A stretch of 64,000 bases of DNA from the NCBI GenBank assembly GCA_977017645.1, contig OZ360234.1, positions 94,922,001 to 94,986,000 on the forward strand. Direction: 5' to 3'. The notes below the pieces were generated by a model that saw only the letters and a list, made by a program, of their open reading frames with translations, ran no database searches and was not told the DNA's origin. Both the position numbers and the translations under genes were made by a program. Below are positions 13,185 to 24,907 of this stretch, one piece after another (within the stretch, counting starts at the first letter, position 1; each line of letters opens with the position of its first letter). Source of the stretch: Torpedo marmorata (Eukaryota).

Positions 13185-16100
13185 ATGGCGGATAGTAAAT
13201 CAATAAATGTTGTAAATATTAATATAAATGGGCTGAATAATCTGATTAAACGGAAGAAAACTTTGGCATATATTAAAAAGTTAAAAGTTGATATAGCTTT
13301 TTTACAAGAGACACATTTGACAGATGTAGAACATCAGAAACTGAAAAGAGAATGGGTTGGTCAAGTGGTTGCGTCTTCATTTAATTCTAAAGCAAAAGGA
13401 GTTGCTATATTAATTAATAAAAAGTTACCTTTTAAAATACAATCTGTGGTTTCAGATGTGTCAGGAAGATATGTTTTAATAAATTGTCAGATATATTCAG
13501 AAATGTGGACACTTATGAATATATATGTGCCAAATACAGAAGATGAACAATTTATTCAAGATTCTTTTATGCATTTATCAGAAGCAAATGATAATATTTT
13601 AATCGGTGGGGATTTTAATTGTTGTTTTGATCCAATAATAGATAAAACATCAAAATCAATTATTAGAACTAAAACTGCAAAAAGAATTCTTTCTTTGATG
13701 AAAGATCTGAATTTAATAGATATTTGGAGGAAGTTAAATCCAAGAGAAAAAGACTATTCTTTTTATTCTTTTAGACATGATTCTTATTCTAGAATAGATA
13801 TGTTTTTATTGTCATCTCAATTAGAAGATAGGGTGACCCAAGTGCAATATAAAGCAAGAATAATTTCTGATCATTCGCTTCTAATAATGTCATGTATAAT
13901 TCCAGAAAAAGAAAAAATTATATATAGATGGAGATTAAATTCTTATTTTTTGAAAAGACCGGATTTTTGTAATTATATAAGAGAAATTCAAGAATTTTTA
14001 CAGATTAATTCCCATTTGATTGACAATAATTTTATTATTTGGGAATCTTTAAGGCTTATTTAAGAGGTCAAATAATAAGTTATTCAGCAAAAGTTAAAAA
14101 GGAATATGTTCAGGAATTAGATAATTTGGAGAAGGAGATTGAGTTTCTGGAGAAGGATTTACAAAAGAAGAGATCAGAAGAAAAGAGGAGGAATTTAATT
14201 GATAAAAAATTGTATTATAATACGTTACAAACATATAAAATGGAAAAAATAATTGAAAGAACTAAGCAAAGATATTATGAATTGGGAGAAAGAGCGCATA
14301 AAGTGTTGGTGTGGCAATTGAAGAAAGAAAAAACTTCTAGAACTATAAATGCCATAAAAAAGAATTCAAAGAAAATAACATATAAACCTCGAGAAATAAA
14401 TGATTCCTTTAGGGAATTCTATTTAAATTTATATAAATCTCAAACTGATAAAGATGATTCTAAAATTAATGCATTTTTATCTAAAATTAAGTTACCGAGA
14501 TTGAATATTCGAAATAAGGAATTTTTAGATTCAGCATTTACTATGAGAGAAGTTAACGAGGTTCTTAGTTCTTTAACAAGTGGAAAATCTCCGGGGAGGA
14601 CGGTTTCCCATCAGAATTTTATAAAGAATTTAAGGATTTATTGATACCTCCATATATGGAGGTGTTGAAACAAATAACGGAAACTCACTCGTTACCGGAA
14701 ACATTTTCAAATGCAATAATTACAGTTATACCTAAAAAAGATAGAGATGTGTTGAAAACAGAATCATATAGACCAATTTCATTGTTAAATGTGGATTATA
14801 AGATAAAGGCAAAAATATTAGCAAATAGACTGGCTAAATATTTACCAGATTTAATTCATGTAGATCAAGCAGGTTTTATTAAGAATATATATTCAAAAGA
14901 TAATATAGCAAGGTTAATTAGTTTAATAAATGTGGCACAAAAGAAAGAGGAATTAGCATTAGTATTAACATTAGATGCTGAAAAGGCTTTTGATAGACTA
15001 GAGTGGAATTATTTATTTAAAGTATTGGAAAAATTTGGTTTTGGAACTACATTTATTAATTGGATTAAAACTATATATAAAGAACCTTCCGCTAGTGTGG
15101 TGACAAATGGTCAAATTTCTTCAAAATTTTTGTTGACTAGGTCAACTAGACAAGGATGTCCTTTGTCGCCAGCCTTGTTTATTTTAGCAATAGAACCTTT
15201 GGCAGAAATAATTAGACAAGATATTAAGATTGTAGGTATTAAAGTCGGAAGAGAAGAGCATAAAATCAGTTTATTTGCAGATGATGTATTGATATATATG
15301 ACAAAACCTATTACTTCTTTAATACAATTGAATGTTTTATTGAAAGAATACGGGGAGATATCTGGTTATAAGAAAAATTCTGATAAAAGTGAAATTATGG
15401 CATTGACACAAGGGGATTATAGTAAATGTAAAGAAATTACACAATTTAAATGCTCCAAGGAAGGAATTAAATATTTGGGAATAAAGACTGATACAAAATT
15501 AGTTAATCTATATAAATTAAATTATATACCATTATTTATGAAAATTAAAAAAGATTTAGAAAGTTGGAAGGATTTACCTATAACTTTAATAGGAAGGGTA
15601 AATTGTATTAAAATGAATGTTTTTCCAAGAATTCAATATCTTTTTCAATCAATTCCTTATGAAATTCCTCAGAATTTTTTTAAAGATTTAAATTTAATTA
15701 TTAGGAAGTTTTTGTGGAAAGGAAAGTTGGCTAGAGTAGGTATGCAGAAATTAACTTGGAATTATGAATTGGGTGGTTTACAACTTCCTAATTTTCAAAA
15801 TTATTATAAAGCAGCTCAATTAAAATTTATTAATGAAATGTTTGATTCAGGAAAATCTTCTGCTTGGATTAAAATAGAATTAAATAATATAGGAGAAGAT
15901 TTGAAAGAAGAAGTTATTTATAAATGGAATTCTAAATTAGTATTAACAAGAGGGAAAAATTCTCCCATTTTTAGACATTTGTTAGAAATTTGGAATAGAG
16001 TGGATAGGGAGATTGGAGGGAAAGGGTTAATTTCTCGAAGAATGCCTTTATATCAAAATAAACTTATTCCATTTACTGTTGATAATCAATTATTTAAAAT

Positions 16101-16967
16101 TTGGTTTCAAAAGGGAATTAAGAAAATAAATGATTGTTTTGAAGCTAGTAAATTTATTACTTTTCAGAGAATGAAAGAAAAGTTGAATGTATTAGATAAT
16201 ACACTTTTTGCTTATTATCATATTAGAACATTTTTAGTTGAAAGGTTGGGTTATAGTTTGATTTTACCAAGACAAAGTGAATTGGAATTATTAGTTATTA
16301 ATGTAGGTGTAAATAAATTTATTTCTCAAATGTATAGATTATTACAGAGAAAAATGCCCAAAGTAGGAATTCACAAATCAAGATTAAAATGGGAATCAGA
16401 TTTGAATGTAACAATAGATGAAGAACATTGGAAAGAATTATGTAAATTAAGTATGACAAAAATTATTAATATCAGATATAGACTAGTGCAATATAATTTT
16501 TTCCACCAATTATATTTAACACCTAAAAATTAAAGAAATTTAATCTGACATTATCTGGTTTATGTTTTAGATGTAATAGAGAGGAAGGTTCTTTTTTACA
16601 TTCTACATGGCTTTGTCCAAAGATATATGATTTTTGGTTGAAAGTTAAAATGTTTTTAGATAAAGTATTAAGAATTACACTTCCAATGGATCCTATGATA
16701 TTTTTGTTTGGAGATATTAAAAGAATTAGTACCAAGATGAAATTAAATATGTACCAAATAGAATTTTTCCGAATTGCTTTAGCTGTTTCTAAGAAATGTA
16801 TTGCTATTACATGGAAATCTGATGTAGATTTAGGGTTAGATAGGTGGCATGCAGAACTTCGTTCAGCTATACCACTTGAAAAAATTACTTATAATTTACG
16901 TAATAAATACCATTTCTTTTTGAAAATATGGAGCCCATATATAAAAACGGTTGGTTTAAGGATTTGA
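13185..16967 (+). pseudogene. L1 ORF2p (APE endonuclease, RT, C-terminal CCHC), frameshifted
   Basis: NINGLN, LQETHL, GGDFN, SRID, SDH; LDAEKAFDRLEW, QGCPLSP, LFADD; CFRC...HSTWLCP; split over four ORFs. Confidence 0.93.
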
Positions 16968-17228
16968 AGATCTCTGGATATCAGATCTGACTGGTGAACC
17001 TATTTTCCACAATTTAGTTTATAGTTGTTCTTTTTTTAGATTGACATTGTCCTTATTTTATCTTTTTCTTTCTTTCTTTTCTATTAACTAGATTAGTAGG
17101 GGTGGGAGGGTTAGGGAGGGGAGGGAGGGTGGGGAGGAGAAAATGTATCACACGTATTTTGATAATTTTGCATTTTATACAGTGTATTGTGTGATTTAAA
17201 AATTTTAAATAAAATATTTTTAAAAAAA

Positions 17229-18228
17229 GAAAAAGAAGAGAGAAATTGATGCAACACCTAATGCTTGTATTTACAGTGAGAAGAGGCATAACACCCAGGA
17301 AGGAGACAAATTTACTGACAAAGTTAGGGATGTATTTAAACCTTTTGTGACTGATGGTTTTGTTTCAGTTAAGGCAGGATCAAAGCAAGTTCCGGTGAAA
17401 CTCTTGCGAGATACTCAGTCACTTGTGTTAGACAGTGTCTTGGAATTTTGTGAAGCCACTGAAATAAATTTAATTAAAGGAATTGGGGGTGATGTTGAGT
17501 CCATTCCTTTGCATAAAATAGTGTTGAACTCAGCCTTGGTTGAAGGACCTATTATAATAGGAGTGAGATCAGAGTTGCCAGTAGAAGGAGTCTCACTGTT
17601 GCTAGGCAATGACTTGGCTGAGGGTAAAGTAGTTCCTGCAGTGCAAATGACCACTAAGCCAGTCATTGTTCTGTCAGAGAAGGACTCTGATATTTATCCG
17701 GCATGTGCCATAACCAGGGCCATGTCTAAGAAAAACGTCAGTGTAGAGAAGGCAGTGGAAAATGAATTGGTGAAAGAAAAAGTCGGTGATAATCAAAAAC
17801 ACCTGGAAAAGGTTGAGCAATCTCCTGTATTACGCCCATACACTGATAAGACACATAAAAGCACAGATTTGTCACTATCCCGACAGGTGCGAATAGCAAG
17901 GCAAAAGGAGGATCCTGATCTTGCTGAGGTGAGGGATAAGGTTCTCTCTGAAGAGGAGATTAAGAAGGTGCCAGTGGGTTATTATGAAAAAGACGGATGT
18001 TGATGAGAAAGTGGAGACCACGTGATGTTCCTGCCAATGAAGAATGGGCAGTAGTGCAGCAGGTTGTGATCCCTAAAGTATATAGGGATGCAATAATAAC
18101 TTTGGCTCATAGCACTCCCTTAGGTGGTCACCTTGGGGTGAAGAAAACTATACGGAAGATCATGAAACAATTTTATTGGCCCAGTTTGAAAAGGGAGGTT
18201 GTAAGCTTTTGCCGGGCCTGTCACACTT
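17229..18228 (+). pseudogene. Gmr1-like pol: protease followed directly by integrase zinc-binding domain, truncated
   Basis: VKLLRDT(GAA)QSLV, LLLGNDLA protease; AHSTPLGGHLGVKKT...FYWPSLKREVVSFCRACHT (HHCC) with no RT in between. Confidence 0.85.
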
Positions 18229-18652
18229 TAAAGAGAGGCCTTTTATGGTTGTCAACAGGAGAGGGGGCATATATGGAAATGGAACTGACTTAGATCAGGG
18301 TTCTAGTGAACATGGTGGAGGGAAAACCTGGGTATCAAAACAGTGGAGTCTTTTGGAGTAAAACTAAGGAGAACTTCTTCAGGGTAGGCATCCCTCGAAG
18401 AGATTTCACAGTATTTTGCAGTATGCCTCGAAGATACTGTGTTTTCATGTTTTACTCCTGTCTTTTTTTACTTTAATCACTGTGTCTGCAGACTTTCGTG
18501 TTTTTCTGGAGTCTTTTCGAACCTGAATGTAAAGAGGTAATGTTGTAATGTTGGGAGAGGTGTAATGGTGCATCCAACTTAAACCGATCACTTCCAGGAT
18601 TAGGTTGGCTTGCAAGACATGAGTTAATAGCAAAATAAAAAAGAGGAAATAA

Positions 18653-19477
18653 CACTGGACAACAATTTTTTTCAAAAGGTTTGCTTCCTGAAAATAAATT
18701 AGGGATTATGATAGGCAACTTCAATCTGAACACAAAGATAATTTCAGATTTGTTGTATCACGTAAGAAGTTGGAGAAACATTAAATTAACTTTTATTGAA
18801 TTTAGCATGTTTAATCGCCTAATGACGCTGACACATTGGTTCGTTCAACTGACCTAAAAATGTTTTGCCGCTGATTTTCGTTTGTACTCAGCATCTGATG
18901 CCTCTCGTGTCAGTGTCCAACAATAGTCGGCCAGCATTGATGGATTCCAGTTGATCTGATACCGCTTTTCTGTGGTCGCAATGTCCTGGAGAAACCTTTC
19001 ACCATGTTCATCACTGACTACAAGCAAAACACGAAAATCTGTAGACACCGTGGTTGAAGTAAAAAACACAAATGCTGGAGAAACTCAGCAGGTCAAACAG
19101 TGTCTTTTATGTAGCAAAGGTAGAAATACATAACCGATGTTTCGGGCTTGAGCCCTTCATCAAAGTATGAGAAAATGCCGGCAGGCGTAGAACAAAAGAG
19201 TGAGGGGTGGAGGGGGCATTACTAACTGCACCAAGATCAGCAGGGAAGAAATCCAAATGCGAATGCAGAAAATGAATTTTCAATGACACGTTGCACATCG
19301 TGGTTTTGTATGCTTGAAGTAGACTTAAAATATGACAGGAAATCACAAAAAAAATAGGTCATATCTAAAAAAAGGTATGTGATCGGAACATTTTAAGGTG
19401 ATTTTCGTGATCAGCAGCCCAAAATCCATAGAATACACCCAGAAGTGTTCAGGACGCAACATCTTCCTTGTCTAATG
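18653..19477. mobile_element. Non-autonomous Chapaev3-like DNA transposon with a transposase C-terminal fragment on the minus strand
   Basis: Left end CACTGGACAAC, right end degenerate CTTGTCTAATG; minus-strand peptide SLKIHFLHSHLDFFPADLGAVS/DEHGERFLQDIATTEKRYQINWNPSMLADYCW; family name from recalled motif. Confidence 0.7.
19020..19216 (-). mobile_element. Short Penelope pLTR-derived insertion with hammerhead-like core
   Basis: Splits the transposase frame at LGAVS|DEHG; flanked by CATCACTGACT (19009-19019) and CATTACTAACT (19217-19227); core at 19136-19163. Confidence 0.75.
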
Positions 19478-19949
19478 TAGTTGGAGGAGAGCCAGTAAAA
19501 GCAGGAAATCCCTCTATTCTCCGGTGTATGTAAAAAATGGTGCAATGCTCAAGTCATGGGCCTAAGGTAAGTAATTTGGGCAGCATTCATACATCGGCCG
19601 GAAGGCCAGTCTCCATGATGTCGATCTCTATGGCCTTAACTCTGTTTCTCTCTCCACAAACGCCGAATACCCCCAGCATTTTCTGCTTCCATCCTGGTGG
19701 GATAGGAGTAGTAGTTGATGAATTGTCAGTGGGGAAATATTTTCCAGATCCACAGCTGGCTTCCCTTCTGGGGTCGACTACTTCGTTCGCATTTGAAGTG
19801 ACTTTGCTGAAATTTTGAATCAGGTTGGGCGTCAAAGACCAACAAAAAAAAGCTTGAGAAGGTGAGAGATTTTGTTCCGAGACCGTGCACATCAAGGAAG
19901 ACACCATGCATTGATTTTTAAAAGTCTCTTGCTAAGTACTGGATGGGAG

Positions 19950-21330
19950 ATTCCGTGACGTATGAAGGAGTTCTCCCCAGTGACGTTCCCTTCTATAACG
20001 TCACGGAAAAAAGAAACATTTTCCCGCCTCCAGCCCAATTCTCATTGATCAGCTGTGGGGACAACATTTCGGGGCTGTGATTGGTTGGATGGAGGTTTGG
20101 GGGCGGAGGGATGAGATGGATATAGGAACGATGTGCGGCGACGGGGAGTGCAGTCTGGGACCATGGGTACACCTGATGCACGCAATTCCGGTAAGAGAAC
20201 AAACGGGCAGATTAGCACCGGGACTAACAGAGTGCCCCTGGCGATGGCTGGGATTGGTGTTGGATGCGCCGCTGGGACCGACTGAGGTTGACACTCGGTC
20301 AGAGACTGACACCGCGGCTGAGAAGGATACTGGGGTTGAGAGGGTTCGGGGGTGGGGTCTGGAGTTCAGCACTGGAACTGGGAGAGATTGCGGGCGGATG
20401 TCGCTGGGTCCGGGTGTGATTGTCATTGGGACTGGGTAAAATTGGCATTGGGGTGGTTGGCGCTGGGAACGGCACGGAGACTCTGTCCAGGTTTGGCACG
20501 GCAGATTATCGGAGTCTAGCGACTCTCGCCCCGTGTTACCTGGCAAGAGCTCCATTGATGGGATATGCGCCCGGTGAAGCGAGCTGTGCCCGAGACGCCG
20601 CATCCTGCGAGCAGAGAGGCCGGGCAGAGAAAGAGTTACCTGAAGCGTGAGCTCTGCTGCTACCATCTCAGAAGCTCCATACCCCGAGCATTTGCTGTCG
20701 TTAGCGCAGATCTCCAGCAACCTCGTTGACACGCATTAAACGTAACTGTCCATCGGATTCGGCAGCTGTTTCTGACCCACCTTCGTGTCTAGCCCTTTGC
20801 CGGTCCTCGATTCGGTCTCGGGACGTGGGCGGTGACGCCTGTGTGGATCTCTGCGCCTTGTACCCGCATCCCCTGGCACCTCCCGACCCGTGGGTGCGGG
20901 AACCCAGCCGGCGGCTCACCCGGCAGATGCCACGCAGTGGGGACGACCGACCGAAGGAAAGCGCACTCGAGCTGCTGCTCCCCGCTGCTGACTATTGGCC
21001 CGGTCGATCGGGTTGCCCGTTAATGGCCCCACGTCCACCAGCGGTAGGGAGATCATTTGGAGGCCGGATTGTTTCCCCTGCTCACTTTGAGATCCAGCGC
21101 AATTGGCATCTCCTGTGTACTTTCGTTCCCTTGGCCCCACCGGTGCGTGGTCTCTCGGGTGAGTCGTCGCTAGGTTCCCACACGCCGCCCAGGTCCACAC
21201 TGCATCGCCGCCTGTCCGGTGTATCATCCGGTGGTGCGGGGATGAACGCCAAACAGAGCCACGCTGCGCCCTCATCTCCTCTTCAAAATATATCCCCGGG
21301 CCTTCACCGACTTCTGGGTACGAACCCTGG
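19950..21330. promoter_or_regulatory. CpG island, probable promoter of the RGCC-like gene
   Basis: GC- and CpG-rich, non-repetitive; two TGACGT half-CRE sites near 19957-19986, ATTGG (CCAAT) and GGGGCGG (GC box) near 20080-20107; ends at candidate exon 1. Confidence 0.65.
21242..21317 (+). CDS. RGCC: Candidate coding exon 1 of RGCC-like gene (MNAKQSHAAPSSPLQNISPGLHRLL)
   Basis: ATG with G at -3 at the end of the CpG island; phase-1 donor G|GTACGA joins exon 2 in frame; no sequence similarity to confirm it. Confidence 0.5.
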
Positions 21331-21656
21331 AGATCCCTGCCTAATGGTGATGTGAAGGTAGCTCCAACACAATGGCAGTGACTCGGGAAAAGAGTTCACC
21401 GCTGTGAGGGACCAGGCACCCTAGCCTGACCATCCATACCCCTGTCGTGGGAATAAGCACCGCAGTAACAAATGAACATTTGAAACAAATCCCGCAGACG
21501 CTGAAAATCTGTAAGACAACACAAAAGTGCTGGGGAAAAAAACTCAGCAGGTCTGGCAGCATGGTGAGGCGGGATATAACAGTTAAAGTTGATGGAAGAT
21601 TCCTTCACCTGATTAAATGTTTCTCTTTCCACCGTGGGCGCTACGCCAACCGTGGA

Positions 21657-21918
21657 GCGGCACGGTTGGCGTAGCGGTTAGTGCAACGCCTTTACAAGCG
21701 CCAGCGATCGGGACCGGGGTTCGAACCCCGCGCTGTATGTAAGGAGTTTGTACGTTCCCTCCGTGTCTGCGTGGGTTTTCTCCAGGGGCTCCGGTTTCCT
21801 CCCACCCTTCAATAAAACGTACCGGGGTGTAGGTTAATGGGGTGTAAATTGGGCGGCACGAACTCGTAGGACCGAATTGATCTGTTACAGTGCTGTATGT
21901 CTAAATTTATTTATTTAA
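21657..21918 (+). mobile_element. tRNA-derived V-SINE (HE1-like)
   Basis: A box TGGCGTAGCGG, B box GGTTCGAACCC, V core GTGTCTGCGTGGGTTTTCTCC...CTCCGGTTTCCTCCCAC, CR1-like tail GTGCTGTATGTCTAAATTT. Confidence 0.85.
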
Positions 21919-22519
21919 AGTTTCTGCCCAACCAGCTGAGCTTTTCCAGCACCATTTTCATGCTGACTCCGATGCGAATCACATTCGCATGAATTGGGGC
22001 ATTCCTCTGTGCCTTTCCTATCTAAGTACCTGCCCAAATTCCTTTTACTGCTGTCATTCCATCTGCCTCAACTATCTCCTCTGGCAGCTCCTTGGTTCAA
22101 ACATTTGTGCTGAAGTCTCATTCACTGATTGATTCTCCCTAAAATCAAGGACTGCCCCCAAGGGGGTTCACCAACAATACCTGATCGGATTCACCACCAA
22201 CCTAAAATTCAGACTGTTACACTCTCTCAGCAGAAGATGAGGTGCTCAAGGTCATGGTACTGGAGTAGAATAGAAGCCACAATAACTCAAAGCTGAGAAC
22301 TATTTCAGAGCCATGGTTAATGTCCTATGCTTTAAATGGTTTCTTGTAGTCTTTAACCAAGAACAATGCAGAAGAAAACCATTCAGTTTATTGTGTCCAT
22401 GCCAGCAATCCCATAAGTCCCATTTCCCAACTCTCCACTTCCCTGTACCCCTGCAACTTATTTTCTCTCACACATACCTGCCAGCTCTCCATTGATTCCA
22501 TTTGCCATGTAACTTGCAA

Positions 22520-22675
22520 TAGCCAATTAACTCAAGTCTTGGGTGTGAGAGAACCTGGAGCTCCCAGCAATGGAGAAAATGTGCAAACTCAACACTGCCA
22601 GCATCTGAAGTTGGGATTGAACTAAACACCAGAGCTGTGGGACAGCAGTACCACCTGCTACACTACCATGCCATC
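22520..22675 (-). mobile_element. Decayed V-SINE
   Basis: GGAGAAAATGTGCAAACTC...GGGATTGAAC...CACTACCATGCC, the reverse complement of a SINE head and core. Confidence 0.6.
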
Positions 22676-22754
22676 GTTTGACCCTATTTACTCTGGGGAA
22701 GGTGATGATGATTCACCTTGAGTTTGAATACAGCAATGACAATGCAATTCAGAG

Positions 22755-23285
22755 CCACCTTATCCATTTCAAAGGGCAGTTAAGAGTAAACCATAGTCTT
22801 GTGGATCTGTGAATCAAAACAATTCTTTCATTTGCAAACATGGTTAATTGTAGTTTGCAGGAAAGTCTTGCTTCATGTGATGTAGTATCAGATTGAGATT
22901 AATGAAGTTACAGAATCGTTACCAAATTGGCTTGTAAATTTTTCTTTGAATAGTCTCGTAATTTTTCTTTGTTGCTAATATCTGTAAAACTGTAACTGAC
23001 ACTTGGGTGTGGTAGAAGGTAGCAGAAATAGTAGGAGTCACAGACACGGGCTGGGTTGGGTAAAGATGGTAGATTTTCTTGCCTGAAGGTCACCGATGAT
23101 TCAGATGTTTTTTTTGGTAATCCAATTGTTTTTGTCGTCACTGTTTTCATCGAGTAGTTATTTTTCCAGATTACTAATAGAATTTAAATACCAAAGCTGT
23201 TGAGGAATTTGAACATCTTTGGATTTTTACTCTAAACCTCTGAATTACTCGTCTGATAATTTAGCCACTGCACTGTTACTGTACC
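22755..23285 (-). mobile_element. Old DeuSINE (SacSINE-like) remnant interrupted by a duplicated segment
   Basis: CATTTCAAAGGGCAGTTAAGAGTAAACCA...GTGGATCTG | GAGTCACA...GGTAAAGATGGTAGATTTTCTT resembles the Deu core as recalled. Confidence 0.55.
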
Positions 23286-24135
23286 CAACTTGTGGAATGA
23301 ATCACAAAATCGACAATTCGATTTGGGTACCAAAGCTTGCTCTTTAAATGCCTGTGTGAGTTTAATATGGGGTTAGTGCAGAAAGGTGGGACCAGGGAAA
23401 AGATTAACCATGATATTTTGATTGGTGGAGCAAGCATGAGATGCTGATTGGGTTACTCCTTCTAGTTATAATGTTGTCAGTGCTCAATTGTTGCACTTCA
23501 GCCAGCGATATTGAAATGTGACGTCTTTCTCACTACTTTCAGTGTGGAATGAGGAAGAATTTGATGCTCTTCTCAATGAATTCAATGGGGTCATTAATGA
23601 TCTCTCCTGCCCTGCAAGAACTGGTACTCAGTATGAGGAACATTTGAATCAGAAAAAACGAATGGGTGCCACCAGCGCTGTGGACAGTGGAATCGATGAT
23701 CCAGAGAGTGAGTAATGCACTGTGTGGGATGACTAACCATATGATTACTTCATGATGGGTGTGGTGATTAATTATAATTAAACTGTACTGGTACAGTGCA
23801 AATGGTTTTGATATAAATTTCAAACCGGGCAAATGGCATGCTTGCTATTGAAATCTATGCAAGTGCTGGACATTCACCACAGGGTGATGCAGAATCATTG
23901 CTACATCAATTTCAATGCACAAATATTCTTTCATTTGCAAAGATGGTACATTGAAGTTTGTAGTTTGCATGGAAGTCTTGCTTCATGCGGTTAAGATTTA
24001 ATGAAGTTACAGAATCATTACCAAATTGGCGTAAATTTTCTTTGAATTGTCTTGTAATTTTTCTTTGTTGCTAATATCCAGAAAACTGATTGATACTTGG
24101 GCTTGGTAGAAGGTAGCAGAAATAGGACGAGTGGG
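22822..24135 (+). repeat. Diverged ~215-bp direct repeat pair (22822-23035 and 23926-24135) flanking RGCC-like exon 2
   Basis: Both copies run ATTCTTTCATTTGCAAA...AATGAAGTTACAGAATC...GTAATTTTTCTTTGTTGCTAATATC...GGTAGAAGGTAGCAGAAATAG. Confidence 0.9.
23543..23707 (+). CDS. RGCC: RGCC-like exon 2
   Basis: CTACTTTCAG| acceptor, A|GTGAGT donor; EEFDALLNEFNGVINDLSCP...QYEEHLNQKKR...DSGIDDPES aligns with RGC-32 DLSDALCEFDAVLADFASP...HYEEHLERMKRR...DSSGFSDSES. Confidence 0.9.
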
Positions 24136-24907
24136 ATCAGAGTAGGAGGGGACGGATTTGAAATGTGAGAATGGACAGAGATTTGTTGGGCTTTGTGTTT
24201 GTACATTTCCTCCAATTTCATTTAGAACTGAACATCTGAGGAGCCTTCGATTTTGGGGAATATGTTTTCTTGAGCAGCTTGGTATTTGTTGCCCATCAGT
24301 GGCTGCCCTGAAAAGCTGGTGGTGGTTCTTTTGAATTGGGTGAGACAACTGAGGAGCTTTCTGAAGTCACAGTGGAAGATTAAGTGTCAGTCACATTGGT
24401 GTTGAACTGAGGCTTCCTTTTCAAAGGGTGCTGGTAAAGCAGTCATGCTTACATTGACATATAAAAGAGGGTTTGTATAAAAACATGTGGGGTCCATGCA
24501 GGAAAGGGACGTGGAGGTGAAAGATCAGTCATGATCTTATGAGTGATGGAGCAGGGATCACACCAGCTGCTCCTTCTTCTACTTCTCGTGTTCATACATT
24601 ATTTTTAAAATTTGATTTAGAAATACAACACGGTAACAGGCCCTTCTGCCCAAAATTCACCCATGAGACCAATCAACCCCACACGTCTTTGGAATGTGGG
24701 AGGAATCCCACACACACACATCTACAAACTCCTTAGTGTTGTGCCACCCCATTATCTTCTGCTTACTTCTTGCATTTAAATGTGACTTCTTTATTATGTG
24801 AGGAATGAGGTTGAATTTAATGCACTCAAACATTTATATCATTGTCATACTGAAACTCTGTTTAGTAAAAGGCCACTGTAGTACAAAGCAGCCTTGTATA
24901 AAGCCTT

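Larger units (their letters stand above)
11410..17228 (+). mobile_element. Near-full-length L1 LINE inserted in the Gypsy gag knuckle
   Basis: ORF1 + spacer + ORF2 + 3' UTR with G-rich tract, AATAAA (17208-17213) and short poly(A); gypsy sequence resumes at 17229. Confidence 0.93.

Noticed and set aside
20049-21355. Long overlapping ORFs (227, 209, 120 aa) on both strands
   Set aside because: Expected in GC-rich CpG-island sequence with few stops; no recognisable domain; only the 3' part is kept as candidate exon 1
21353-21363. AAG|GTAGCT as exon 1 donor
   Set aside because: An in-frame TGA at 21353-21355 precedes it; the donor at 21318 gives an open frame
21657-21735. tRNA genes at SINE heads
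   Set aside because: A and B boxes continue into V-SINE core and LINE tail; no full cloverleaf
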